Source: Candidatus Adlerbacteria bacterium
GTDB lineage: Bacteria; Patescibacteriota; Minisyncoccia; Phycocordibacterales; SBAW01
Assembly: GCA_028286785.1 (NCBI GenBank)
Contig: JAQBQX010000019.1
Location: 1-32,253 of the forward strand
Length of the DNA: 32,253 nucleotides
Direction: 5' to 3'
Shown here: piece by piece, positions 10,032 through 19,089 of the stretch
How positions within the stretch are numbered: the first letter of the stretch is position 1
Layout of the letters: each line of letters starts with the position of its first letter
Made by a program: the position numbers and the translations under genes
Notes under the pieces: model-generated
What the model saw: only the letters and a program-made list of their open reading frames with translations
Told to the model about the DNA's origin: nothing
The model's database searches: none

Positions 10032-11384
10032 ATGTCAGTGCAAAGCTTTCGCCGCGAATCTCCTAATGCATTTAATGCAGTGCTAGCAGCGCTCGGGTTT
10101 TTGCCGTTTATTATATTTCTGATACTGGGCTACATTGCTACGGCTCCGCTGAGCCAGGCCCAAGTGCTTGATATGGTGCGCCACCGCGTGTTGCCTGCAG
10201 TGGTGCAGCTGCGCTGTATGGATGCCAATGGCGACGAGGTGCAGTCAGGTTCGGGTATTTATAATACCGACTCAGAAGGCGCCTATGTTGATACCAACGC
10301 GCATGTGCTGCGCGCCGCGGACGGAAAGTTTTATGGCTGCAATGTATATTTTCCCGTACCAGACACGGGCGGATTTTATCAATCTGCGTACTATGCCGGA
10401 CCTGGGTCAGTAGTTTTGTACGACCAGCAGCAATCGGTCGTTGATGGCGAAACCATACAAGGGATCGACTATGCGCAGCTCCAGCTCGATGGTCCTTTGG
10501 CCGATGAGCGGGGTCGGGCGTACCCATTTCCACCAGTACAGGTAGATGGCTATCAGCCCATGGTGCGCGCCTGCCTGCCATACAAAGGCACTCCGCTTGA
10601 AATCGGTTCGCACATGTATGTGCTTGGTTATCCAGGTGTGGGCGACGATTCACTGACCTTTACCGACGGCGTCGTGTCCGGCTTTACTGGCGAGCATGGC
10701 GAATTTATTAAAGGCTCTGCCGTCGCGGCACCTGGCTCGTCCGGGGGAGTAACAGTCGAATCTGAAACGGGTTGCTTTATCGGCTTTGTTACAAGTGTCG
10801 AGAGCGATTCAGGCGGTACTATTACCCAGATACTGAGCGGTGACTTTATCACCAGCTTCCTTAAACATTTAACCGGTGTACATACCTATACGCCAGAGGT
10901 AACTGCGCAGCAAGGCAGCGCTGGGCTCACTAACAAAGTAGAACTTGGAAACATCTCGCTTGCATACCCATCAGACTGGAGTGTCGCAACTAGTACCAGC
11001 AAAACCGACGGGACCCAGGCGCTGTATATCCGATCTCCGTACGAAGGGGCACTGGATGGTATGGCCGAGGAGATGGACGTGTGGGCAAGCCCGATGGGTT
11101 CTACATCTATTGAGGCACAAGCCCGCGACATGTTTGTAAGCGCCAAAGCAGTGGACCCAGATGCCACAAAAACAACCTCTACGCTGGAGGGCGTAGACAT
11201 ATACACCATACAGCTCGTGGACAACACATATGCGTATTTTCCAGAAGAGATAAACACCGAAATCTCCTATTTCCGCTACAAAGACCGCGACTACGAAATA
11301 GAAATCGACTGGCCCATTGGGTCTGAAAGCCACGCTTACAAGACCGTCTTTGACCTCATTATGAGTTCCATAAAGTTTCGATAG
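10032..11384 (+). CDS. Membrane-anchored trypsin-like serine protease with extra C-terminal domain
   Basis: N-terminal TM and triad motifs TNAHV (His), DYAQL (Asp), PGSSGG (Ser), plus VLGYPG. The C-terminal ISLAYPSDW domain resembles PsbP-like folds. Confidence 0.8.
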   Translation: MSVQSFRRESPNAFNAVLAALGFLPFIIFLILGYIATAPLSQAQVLDMVRHRVLPAVVQLRCMDANGDEVQSGSGIYNTDSEGAYVDTNAHVLRAADGKFYGCNVYFPVPDTGGFYQSAYYAGPGSVVLYDQQQSVVDGETIQGIDYAQLQLDGPLADERGRAYPFPPVQVDGYQPMVRACLPYKGTPLEIGSHMYVLGYPGVGDDSLTFTDGVVSGFTGEHGEFIKGSAVAAPGSSGGVTVESETGCFIGFVTSVESDSGGTITQILSGDFITSFLKHLTGVHTYTPEVTAQQGSAGLTNKVELGNISLAYPSDWSVATSTSKTDGTQALYIRSPYEGALDGMAEEMDVWASPMGSTSIEAQARDMFVSAKAVDPDATKTTSTLEGVDIYTIQLVDNTYAYFPEEINTEISYFRYKDRDYEIEIDWPIGSESHAYKTVFDLIMSSIKFR

Positions 11385-11401
11385 CCTGTATAGTAGGCCT
11401 T

Positions 11402-12745
11402 ATGACCGAGGACCCTAAAGAAAAGAGCAGCCTCATGGAGAAAATAATATCCCTCTCTAAGCGCCGCGGTTTTGTATACCAGGGTTCCGAAATCTACGGC
11501 GGTCTCGCTGGCACTTGGGACTATGGGCCGTTGGGTGTGGAGCTTAAAAACAATATCAAAAATATTTGGTGGAAGATGTTTGTGCAGGGTCGCGACGACA
11601 TGTACGGCCTGGACGCGGCTATTTTGATGAACTCGCGTGTATGGGAGGCAAGCGGTCACGTGTCTGGCTTTTCCGATCCGCTAGTTGAGTGCGAAAAGTG
11701 TAAAAAACGTTTTCGCGAAGATCATCTCGAAGACAAAGCGAAATGTCCTGAGTGTGGCGGCAAGCTCGGAGAAGCACGTCAATTTAATATGATGTTCCAA
11801 ACACAGATTGGAGCAATGGAAGGTTCTATTTCATATTTGCGGCCGGAAACTGCTGGCGGTATTTTTGTAAACTTTAAGAATGTTGTCGACTCGTTCCATC
11901 CCAAACTGCCGTTTGGTATTGGGCAAATCGGAAAGGCTTTCCGCAACGAGATCGCTCCGCGCGACTTCATATTCCGTGTCCGCGAACTGGAGCAGATGGA
12001 AGTCGAATACTTTGTCCGCCCAACTGAATGGGAAAGCAGTTTTGAAATGTGGCGCAGCCAGGTGCATGCATTTAATGCTGCTGTTGGTATCCCGAGTGAA
12101 AATGTCCATGAGCTCGAGGTGGGCGACGGCGACCGAGCGCATTACAGCAAACGCACTATCGACTTCGAGTTTGATTTCCCGTTCGGTCGGAAGGAACTTT
12201 ACGGTTTGGCGTATCGCACTGACTTTGACCTCAAGGCGCATGAAGTCGGTTCTGGTACTGAACTGAAATACCAGGATCCGGAAACTAACGAAAAATTTGT
12301 TCCGCATGTCATCGAGCCATCGTTTGGTGTCGACCGTACATTTTTGGCGGTCCTTGCCTCTGCCTACGCCGAAGATGAACAAAACGGGGAAGTGCGCACC
12401 TACCTCAAGTTCAAACCTGCAGTTGCGCCTGTTAAAGCGGCAGTATTTCCGCTCCTTAAAAACAAACCCGAACTTGTCGCCAAGGCTCGCGAGATCTATA
12501 TCGCCCTTAAAAAGGATATTCCGCAGATTATGTGGGATGACAACGGCAACGTCGGCAAGCGCTACCGCCGCCAAGATGAAATTGGTACTCCGTGGTGCGT
12601 CACTATCGACTTTGACACATTGGGCGAAAACCCAGCCCTGTTGGACACTGTGACTGTGCGCGACCGCGACTCGGGCGAGCAGATCCGCATGCCTGTCGGG
12701 GAGTTATCCTCATTCATCTCCAGCAAAATCAAAGAAGAAATATAA
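11402..12745 (+). CDS. glyQS: Glycine--tRNA ligase, homodimeric alpha2 type
   Basis: EIYGGLAGTWDYGPLG, YLRPETAGGIF, GKAFRNEI, PHVIEPSFGVDR and GKRYRRQDEIGTP. Confidence 0.97.
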   Translation: MTEDPKEKSSLMEKIISLSKRRGFVYQGSEIYGGLAGTWDYGPLGVELKNNIKNIWWKMFVQGRDDMYGLDAAILMNSRVWEASGHVSGFSDPLVECEKCKKRFREDHLEDKAKCPECGGKLGEARQFNMMFQTQIGAMEGSISYLRPETAGGIFVNFKNVVDSFHPKLPFGIGQIGKAFRNEIAPRDFIFRVRELEQMEVEYFVRPTEWESSFEMWRSQVHAFNAAVGIPSENVHELEVGDGDRAHYSKRTIDFEFDFPFGRKELYGLAYRTDFDLKAHEVGSGTELKYQDPETNEKFVPHVIEPSFGVDRTFLAVLASAYAEDEQNGEVRTYLKFKPAVAPVKAAVFPLLKNKPELVAKAREIYIALKKDIPQIMWDDNGNVGKRYRRQDEIGTPWCVTIDFDTLGENPALLDTVTVRDRDSGEQIRMPVGELSSFISSKIKEEI

Positions 12746-12759
12746 GGTAGAATAAAGGC

Positions 12760-13839
12760 ATGTCTACCCCTCCTCGCGACATGCACGTAACCATCACCGC
12801 CAGGAGTATCATAACCGCCATACTTTTTTTGCTGTTGGTAGGTCTTGTGTGGGTGTTGCGCGACATCGTGCTTATTGTTCTCTCGGCGGTAGTTATCGCC
12901 TCGGCCATAGAGCCGGCGGTCGGGTACTTTTATCGCAAGGGCATACCGCGCATTGGCGGCGTCATGCTTACGTATGCCATTGTCCTGGGGGCGTTTTTTA
13001 GCGTCCTCTTTTTCTTTATCCCTCCCATCCTCAACGACGCTGCGACGTTTTTGCGCAACTTACCCCAGACGCTCCAGACCATCAACTTTAATGACCTGAC
13101 CCACGGCTTGCTGCCTGCGTGGGGTTCGTCATCGTTTAACTCGGCCGACCTGCTTAACAGCGTGTCGCAAACGGTCGCAGACTCGACCGGCGGGATGTTC
13201 AGCACTGCGGCAGCATTCTTCGGCGGCCTGACATCATTCATACTCATCATTGTTTTGTCATTTTACTTTTCAGTGCAGGAAACCGGCGTTGACGACTTTT
13301 TGCGCGTGGTGACCCCGGTCAAAGAACAAGCCTACGTGCTCCACTTGTGGAAGCGCTCGCAAGACAAGATAGGCAAGTGGATGCAGGGGCAATTGGTGCT
13401 CGGGGTTATTGTGGGTGTCTTGCTGTACCTTGGTCTCGTAATCCTCGGCGTGCGCTACGCGCTCCTGCTGGCAGTATTGGCTGCCGTGTTCGAACTCATC
13501 CCGGTGTTCGGGCAGATTATGGCCGCAATACCGGCGGTTGCTATCGCATATACCGACGGCGGGCTTTCGCTCGGTGTCTCGGTCTTTATTTTGTACATGG
13601 TGGTGCAGCAATTCGAGGCGCACCTGATTTATCCGATTGTGGTCAAAAAGGTGGTGGGCGTTCCGCCCCTGCTGGTCATCCTAGCGCTCCTTGTTGGGTT
13701 TAAATTAGTGGGCTTTTTGGGCGTATTGCTTTCGGTCCCGATTGCGGGAGCTATCCAGGAATTTGTGTCTGACGTCGACCGCCAAAAGACCCGGGCGCTT
13801 GCGCGTGCAGGCCTTGCACCAGACGGAGAAGAGAAGTAG
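12760..13839 (+). CDS. AI-2E (PerM/TqsA) family transporter
   Basis: About 8 TM segments, with ELIPVFG and VVQQFEAHLIYPIV motifs typical of the family. Confidence 0.9.
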   Translation: MSTPPRDMHVTITARSIITAILFLLLVGLVWVLRDIVLIVLSAVVIASAIEPAVGYFYRKGIPRIGGVMLTYAIVLGAFFSVLFFFIPPILNDAATFLRNLPQTLQTINFNDLTHGLLPAWGSSSFNSADLLNSVSQTVADSTGGMFSTAAAFFGGLTSFILIIVLSFYFSVQETGVDDFLRVVTPVKEQAYVLHLWKRSQDKIGKWMQGQLVLGVIVGVLLYLGLVILGVRYALLLAVLAAVFELIPVFGQIMAAIPAVAIAYTDGGLSLGVSVFILYMVVQQFEAHLIYPIVVKKVVGVPPLLVILALLVGFKLVGFLGVLLSVPIAGAIQEFVSDVDRQKTRALARAGLAPDGEEK

Positions 13840-13851
13840 GGTTGTACCTAT

Positions 13852-15300
13852 ATGGCCCAAGAGAATTCTAAGCAGAAACCGTTTTACCTTACCACCACGC
13901 TTCCGTACGTTAATGCCGACCCGCACATCGGCTTTGCTTTAGAAATTGTGCATGCGGACATCATCTGCCGCCACGAAAGGCTCAAAGGAAGGGAGGTGTT
14001 TTTTACCACCGGGACCGACGAACACGGACAGAAGATTTTTCAAAAGGCCCAGGAAACCGGTCAGGACACGCAGGCATACGTCGATCATTATGCCGAGCAG
14101 TTCGGTAAACTCAAAAATCTACTCGGGCTTTCATACGATGCGTTTATCCGCACTACCAATGCAGGGCATAAGCTTGCTGCTCAAGAAATGTGGCGCCGCT
14201 CGCTTGCAAAAGGAGATATCTATAAAAAGAAATATAAAGGTCTGTACTGTGTGGGCGACGAAATGTTCCTCAAAGATACTGACCTGGTTGACGGCAAATG
14301 TCCTAACCATCCAAACATGGACCCGGTAGAGATCGAGGAAGAAAATTATTTCTTCCGTCTCAGCGCATATCAAGACAAGCTCCTTGCATACTTGGCGCAA
14401 GACGGTGTGATACTGCCTGAATGGCGTCGCGACGAGGCGATAAAATTTGTTGCAGGCGGACTCGAGGACTTTAGTATCTCGCGCGAAATAGCTCGCATGA
14501 GCTGGGGTGTTCCGGTGCCAGACGACGACAGCCAGGTTATGTATGTGTGGTTCGATGCTCTCACTAACTATATTTCGACTCTTGGTTGGCCTGAGGATAC
14601 TGATGAGAATTTTGCAAAGTTTTGGGAAGGCGGCGAAGTAGTGCAGGTTGCCGGCAAAGACCAAGTGCGTTTTCAGTCTGTTATGTGGCAGGCGATGCTT
14701 ATGTCTGTCGATGTTAAAGCGACCGACAAGGTGGTGTACCACGGCTTTATCACCTCCGGCGGGCAAAAAATGAGCAAATCGCTAGGCAATGTCATCGAAC
14801 CCGCTGCCTTGGTGGAAGAATATGGCACCGAGGCTGTGCGTTACTTTTTGGCTCGGCACATACATCCGTTCGAGGACTCCGACTTTACCCTGGAGCGCTT
14901 TAAAGACGTCTACAATGCCAACTTGGCCAATGGCCTGGGTAACTTGGCTGCGCGCATCATGACCTTGGCACAAACGCATCTGGAAAGCCCGGTTGAAGCG
15001 GGAGAGGTGGAAATACCCGCAGAATATTCAGAGGCGTTCGAGAATTTTGAGATCAACAAAGCTGCCGACGTCATTTGGGAGCGCATCAGTCTCTTGGATG
15101 CACAAATCACCGACACGCAGCCGTTTAAGGTGATCAAGACAAACCCCGAAGAGGGAAAGGAACTGATTGCGGCGCTGGTGGTGGAGCTCGCTGGCATTAC
15201 TAAACTTCTGACTCCCTTTATGCCGGCAACTGCAGAAGCTATTGCCGAAGCAATTAAAGAAAACAAAAAGCCCGAAAATCTCTTTCCCCGCAAGGATTAA
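13852..15300 (+). CDS. metG: Methionine--tRNA ligase (short form, no C-terminal tRNA-binding domain)
   Basis: TTTLPYVNADPHIGF, TGTDEHGQKI, YVWFDALTNY, KMSKSLGN and terminal LFPRK. Confidence 0.97.
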   Translation: MAQENSKQKPFYLTTTLPYVNADPHIGFALEIVHADIICRHERLKGREVFFTTGTDEHGQKIFQKAQETGQDTQAYVDHYAEQFGKLKNLLGLSYDAFIRTTNAGHKLAAQEMWRRSLAKGDIYKKKYKGLYCVGDEMFLKDTDLVDGKCPNHPNMDPVEIEEENYFFRLSAYQDKLLAYLAQDGVILPEWRRDEAIKFVAGGLEDFSISREIARMSWGVPVPDDDSQVMYVWFDALTNYISTLGWPEDTDENFAKFWEGGEVVQVAGKDQVRFQSVMWQAMLMSVDVKATDKVVYHGFITSGGQKMSKSLGNVIEPAALVEEYGTEAVRYFLARHIHPFEDSDFTLERFKDVYNANLANGLGNLAARIMTLAQTHLESPVEAGEVEIPAEYSEAFENFEINKAADVIWERISLLDAQITDTQPFKVIKTNPEEGKELIAALVVELAGITKLLTPFMPATAEAIAEAIKENKKPENLFPRKD

Positions 15301-15363
15301 TAAGTAGACTGGCTCGTATCTCTGCGACATGATACCCTGCCTAAGGACTTCTTTGAGGAGGGT

Positions 15364-16143
15364 ATGATGAACGAGTTTCAACGTTTAATGGCTGTCGAAG
15401 CGGCGGTCAAGCGCGAGATGGCCAAACAGGACAAGGCGCACGACTGGTTCCATATCGACCGTGTGCGTAAGATGGCGCTTAAGCTCCAAGCAATTGAGGG
15501 TGGCGATCCTCACTTGATTGAAATGGTTGCGCTCGTTCACGACGTTGGCGACCGCAAGGCACATGAGAGCGAAGAAGCTGGGCGCAAGGCAACTCACTCC
15601 TTGCTTGAAAAATGCGGAGTTGGGCCACGGTTTGCTTCTGTAGTTGTCGACATTGCGCATAGAATTTCGTTCAAAGGGTTCCATGTGCCGGACGATATGC
15701 CATCGCTTGAAGGCAAGATTGTCCAGGACGCCGACCGGCTCGATGCTGTGGGCGCAATTGCTATCGCTCGCACGTTTACATGGGGAGGTGCCCACGATCG
15801 GCCCATGTATGACCCGAACATGCCGCCTACACCAGCAAAAACGGCTGAAGAATACTATGCCTCAGGCGGCGCGACGAGCGTCAACCATTTCCACGAAAAG
15901 CTGTTGCACCTGACCGACCGGATGCATACAAAAACAGCGCGTGCTCTCGCATCGGAGCGGACTGAATTTATGCGGGAATATCTCGAGCGGTTTATGTCAG
16001 AGTGGAATTTGTCTGAGGATTGGGAGGCTCGGGTCAGACTCGAGTTACATGAAAGGTCTGAAGATAGAAGGTCATATTTCGACGCAAAACGTAAATACAT
16101 AGAGGAAGCTCGAGCTTTCATAAATAAAGGTCATAAAAGTTAA
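15364..16143 (+). CDS. HD-domain metal-dependent phosphohydrolase (YedJ/YpgQ-like)
   Basis: AHDWFHIDRV, LVHDVGD, VQDADRLDAVGAIAIAR and HFHEKLL. SD-like GAGGAGG precedes the start. Confidence 0.88.
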   Translation: MMNEFQRLMAVEAAVKREMAKQDKAHDWFHIDRVRKMALKLQAIEGGDPHLIEMVALVHDVGDRKAHESEEAGRKATHSLLEKCGVGPRFASVVVDIAHRISFKGFHVPDDMPSLEGKIVQDADRLDAVGAIAIARTFTWGGAHDRPMYDPNMPPTPAKTAEEYYASGGATSVNHFHEKLLHLTDRMHTKTARALASERTEFMREYLERFMSEWNLSEDWEARVRLELHERSEDRRSYFDAKRKYIEEARAFINKGHKS

Positions 16144-16153
16144 GAGTTCTCAG

Positions 16154-16180
16154 GCCTGCGCACACGCGCAGGCTTTTTTT
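16154..16180 (+). terminator. Intrinsic terminator after HD gene
   Basis: GCCTGCGC-ACAC-GCGCAGGC followed by T7. Confidence 0.88.
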
Positions 16181-16194
16181 GTTATACTCACCCA

Positions 16195-16974
16195 ATGGAA
16201 TATTTCGACGCGCATTGCCATATCTATACGCCGCAGTTTGATGCCGACCGCTCGGAGGTTTTGGCTCGTATGAAAGATGCGGGATTGGGAGCTATTGTTG
16301 TTGGCACCGATTATGCACAAAGCACCCAGGCTCTTGAATTGGCTTCGGCTCACGATTTTTTGTGGGCATCTGTCGGTCTGCACCCCAATGACAATTTGGA
16401 AGAAGCGTTTGATATAGAAAAATATCGTGCCTTGGCGCAAAACCCAAAGGTGGTCGCGATAGGCGAGTGCGGTTTGGACTATTTTCGCTCCGGCGGGACC
16501 GATGCAGAAAAAGCTGCGCAAAAAATACGCTTTGCTGCGCATATCGAGTTGGCGGTTGAGGTGGGTAAGCCGTTGATCATTCACTGTCGCAATGCGCACG
16601 ACGATATGCTGATCATGTTGGGCGAATATAAAGAAAAATTTGGGGACAAACTCCAAGCAGTCATACACTTTTTTACAGGGACAAGTGAACTTGCTCAAAG
16701 ATACCTCGACCTCGGTTGCTACCTGTCTTTTCCGGGGCCGATAACCTATACAACCGAATATGACGAATCTATCCGTGTCTGCCCGCTCGACCGCATGCTT
16801 TCAGAAACTGACTCACCGTATGCAGCGCCCGTACCCAACCGTGGCAAGCGCAATGAACCAGTGCATGTTAAGGATGTAGTCGAAAAACTGGCTCTAATTA
16901 AGGGTTTTTCAGCTGCAGCCGTAGCCGACCAAATAGTCAAAAACGCCACTAAGTCCTTTGGGTTGACAAAATAG
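16195..16974 (+). CDS. tatD: TatD family nuclease
   Basis: FDAHCH, GLHP, AIGECGLDY, IIHCR, IHFF and LSETDSPY. Confidence 0.95.
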   Translation: MEYFDAHCHIYTPQFDADRSEVLARMKDAGLGAIVVGTDYAQSTQALELASAHDFLWASVGLHPNDNLEEAFDIEKYRALAQNPKVVAIGECGLDYFRSGGTDAEKAAQKIRFAAHIELAVEVGKPLIIHCRNAHDDMLIMLGEYKEKFGDKLQAVIHFFTGTSELAQRYLDLGCYLSFPGPITYTTEYDESIRVCPLDRMLSETDSPYAAPVPNRGKRNEPVHVKDVVEKLALIKGFSAAAVADQIVKNATKSFGLTK

Positions 16975-16991
16975 GTTTTTAAGAGTATAAT
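16963..16991 (+). promoter_or_regulatory. Consensus sigma70 promoter for the 17059 gene
   Basis: TTGACA (16963-16968), 17 nt spacer, TATAAT (16986-16991). Confidence 0.85.
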
Positions 16992-17058
16992 TATATTAGC
17001 TGATAGAGCCCGATTTCGGACCTCTAGGACAGCTCTTTGTAAACAAGGAGATGACGCC

Positions 17059-17727
17059 ATGACTACGGTTGTGACCCCATCGACAATCACCACTGGCCAA
17101 ATTGGCAAGCTGCAGGACCTTCTTGTGGCACGTTTGCGTAAAAGTGGATTTTCGAGTGCTGCCATGCAGGTGGTTCTCGAAACTCAGGGCGACACTATTG
17201 GAGATGCTATGCTCCAGGTTATCAGCGATGAGATCGAAGCGCTCGGTGAGGTCACGACTGAGATCATCGTTCGTCATGTTGCCGTCGACCGCACTCGTCT
17301 GCCGCAACAAGCGCTAAACGCCATAGGGTGCCAGCAATGGATTAATCCAGATGTTGTCGCTGCAATGCCACGCGGCGAAGGCTCCGAGGCAGAGGTGTGT
17401 TTTTTCAAACCCAGTCGTTATCTCAACGATGAAGAGGTTGAGAGACAGTACCAGCAGCGAGGGCTCCGGCCTGTTGACCCGTATTCTCTGGCGGCAGTAA
17501 ATGAAGCTGACCCAACATTTGGGGACAAGCGTGAAAATGTCACGCACTGGAAAGATGAACAGGGTCGGTGGTGCTATCTAGCTTTCGCTAGGAGTTCCTC
17601 CGTACACGAACGCTCTCTCCATGTTGGCTGTGGCCAAGGCCCGGTATATAACGAGAAAGGTGAGGTCTCATATGGCAGCGACGTCTGGATGAATGATACG
17701 TGGTTCGCCGGCATCCGCGAGAAATAG
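17059..17727 (+). CDS. Hypothetical protein with aromatic-rich C-terminus (possible C-type-lectin-like fold)
   Basis: 222-aa ORF with its own promoter, SD (AAGGAG) and terminator. Ends ...DVWMNDTWFAGIREK. Confidence 0.8.
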   Translation: MTTVVTPSTITTGQIGKLQDLLVARLRKSGFSSAAMQVVLETQGDTIGDAMLQVISDEIEALGEVTTEIIVRHVAVDRTRLPQQALNAIGCQQWINPDVVAAMPRGEGSEAEVCFFKPSRYLNDEEVERQYQQRGLRPVDPYSLAAVNEADPTFGDKRENVTHWKDEQGRWCYLAFARSSSVHERSLHVGCGQGPVYNEKGEVSYGSDVWMNDTWFAGIREK

Positions 17728-17741
17728 TTCACCAAACTTCT

Positions 17742-17771
17742 GCCCCGCACTGAAAAGTGCGGGGCTTTTTT
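17742..17771 (+). terminator. Intrinsic terminator
   Basis: GCCCCGCACT-GAAA-AGTGCGGGGC followed by T6. Confidence 0.9.
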
Positions 17772-17778
17772 ATATGTC

Positions 17779-17807
17779 TTGCGCCGGCTATTTTGACGTG
17801 GTAGAGT
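17779..17807 (+). promoter_or_regulatory. Promoter for leaderless rpsF
   Basis: TTGCGC, 17 nt spacer, TAGAGT with extended TG. ATG follows 6 nt later. Confidence 0.6.
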
Positions 17808-17813
17808 GCACGC

Positions 17814-18326
17814 ATGACTACAAAGTCGCAGGACGAAGAGTCCTTTACCCAAGCGAATGATGCGTCAACCGTATACGAGGTTGGCTATCACGTTATCCCA
17901 ACTGTCCCAGAGGCAGAAGTGGCTACCGTTGTCGATGCAATTCGCGCTGTGCTTACCGCACAGTCCGCAGAAATTATTAGTGAGCAGGTTCCGGTCAAAA
18001 CGACACTCGCGTACCGCATCGAGCGCGCAGCGTCAGGCAAAGTAGAGAAGTTCACAGAAAGCTATTTCGGGTTTATCAAGTTTGCCACGGCTCCCGAGGC
18101 AAGCGTTGCTATCCACAAAGCACTTTCTGATAAGTACGAAGTGCTGCGCTTTATTATCGTTCACACTACGCGCGAGGATGCCTTGGCACCACGCCGCACT
18201 GTGTTTGCTTCAGACCGTTTGGAAGGCAAGACGATCGAAAAGCCGGTCGCAGAGGTAGTTGAAAAGGTAGGGGAGGTATCAGAAGCAGAGCTCGATAAGT
18301 CGATCGACGCTTTGGTTACCGAGTAG
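17814..18326 (+). CDS. rpsF: 30S ribosomal protein S6 with acidic C-terminal extension
   Basis: YEVGYHVIP, TLAYRI, YFGFIKF and EVLRFIIV. Canonical rpsF-ssb-rpsR order. Confidence 0.88.
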   Translation: MTTKSQDEESFTQANDASTVYEVGYHVIPTVPEAEVATVVDAIRAVLTAQSAEIISEQVPVKTTLAYRIERAASGKVEKFTESYFGFIKFATAPEASVAIHKALSDKYEVLRFIIVHTTREDALAPRRTVFASDRLEGKTIEKPVAEVVEKVGEVSEAELDKSIDALVTE

Positions 18327-18343
18327 TGTGGCATAATTAAGCT

Positions 18344-18838
18344 ATGTACATCAATAAAGCAATGGTCTACGGAAACCTCACCCGTGACCCGGAGTTGCGG
18401 GCGCTGCCCTCAGGTGGGCAGGTGTGTTCCTTTAGCGTTGCGACCAACCGCGTATATAAAAAGGCGGACGGCAGCAAGGCAGAACAGGTAGAGTTCCACA
18501 ATATTGTGGTGTTTGGCCGCCAGGCAGAAACCTGCGGACAATACCTCAAAAAAGGGAGCCCTGCGTTTATTGAAGGCCACATCCAGACCCGCAGCTGGGA
18601 CGCTCCTGAAAAGGGCAAGCAGTACCGCACCGAGATCATCGCAGAGCGCGTGCAATTTGGTCCTAAGGGAGGCTCAACTGGTGGCGCAAGCTCTGGCGGC
18701 TCAGACTATAGCGGAGGCAACGGCCCAAGCAATTCTTCAGCCGGATACTCCGACGCAGAAGCGCCTCAAAAGGCTCCGAAAGACGATGCTATTGATTACC
18801 CCGAGGAAGATATTAACCCAGACGACATCCCATTCTAA
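18344..18838 (+). CDS. ssb: Single-stranded DNA-binding protein
   Basis: INKAMVYGNLTRDPELR, FSVATNR and acidic tip DDIPF. Confidence 0.98.
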   Translation: MYINKAMVYGNLTRDPELRALPSGGQVCSFSVATNRVYKKADGSKAEQVEFHNIVVFGRQAETCGQYLKKGSPAFIEGHIQTRSWDAPEKGKQYRTEIIAERVQFGPKGGSTGGASSGGSDYSGGNGPSNSSAGYSDAEAPQKAPKDDAIDYPEEDINPDDIPF

Positions 18839-18848
18839 TTAAACAATT

Positions 18849-19040
18849 ATGTCAGACAATTACGTACAATTTCAGCGTATAGACTACAAGGATACCGAGA
18901 CCTTGAAGCGCTTCATCAACCCGCACGGCAAGATCATGCCTCGCCGCCGCACCGGTTTGTCATCGGCAAACCAGCGCGAGTTGGCCCAGGCGGTCAAACG
19001 TGCTCGCTTCATGGCTTTGATGCCGTATATCATTCGCTAG
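18849..19040 (+). CDS. rpsR: 30S ribosomal protein S18 (short, Cys-less)
   Basis: [13 protein letters not shown]...[10 protein letters not shown]...[19 protein letters not shown]. Confidence 0.96.
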   Translation: MSDNYVQFQRIDYKDTETLKRFINPHGKIMPRRRTGLSSANQRELAQAVKRARFMALMPYIIR

Positions 19041-19046
19041 TTCAGC

Positions 19047-19084
19047 AAATAAAAAAGCCCCGCAATTGCGGGGCTTTTTTATTT
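19047..19084. terminator. Bidirectional terminator between convergent rpsR and efp
   Basis: Perfect 38-bp palindrome AAATAAAAAAGCCCCGCAATTGCGGGGCTTTTTTATTT. Confidence 0.93.
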
Positions 19085-19089
19085 CTGGT

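Noticed and set aside
19047-19084. 38-bp perfect palindrome as a mobile-element end or operator
   Set aside because: Fully explained as a bidirectional terminator between convergent genes.
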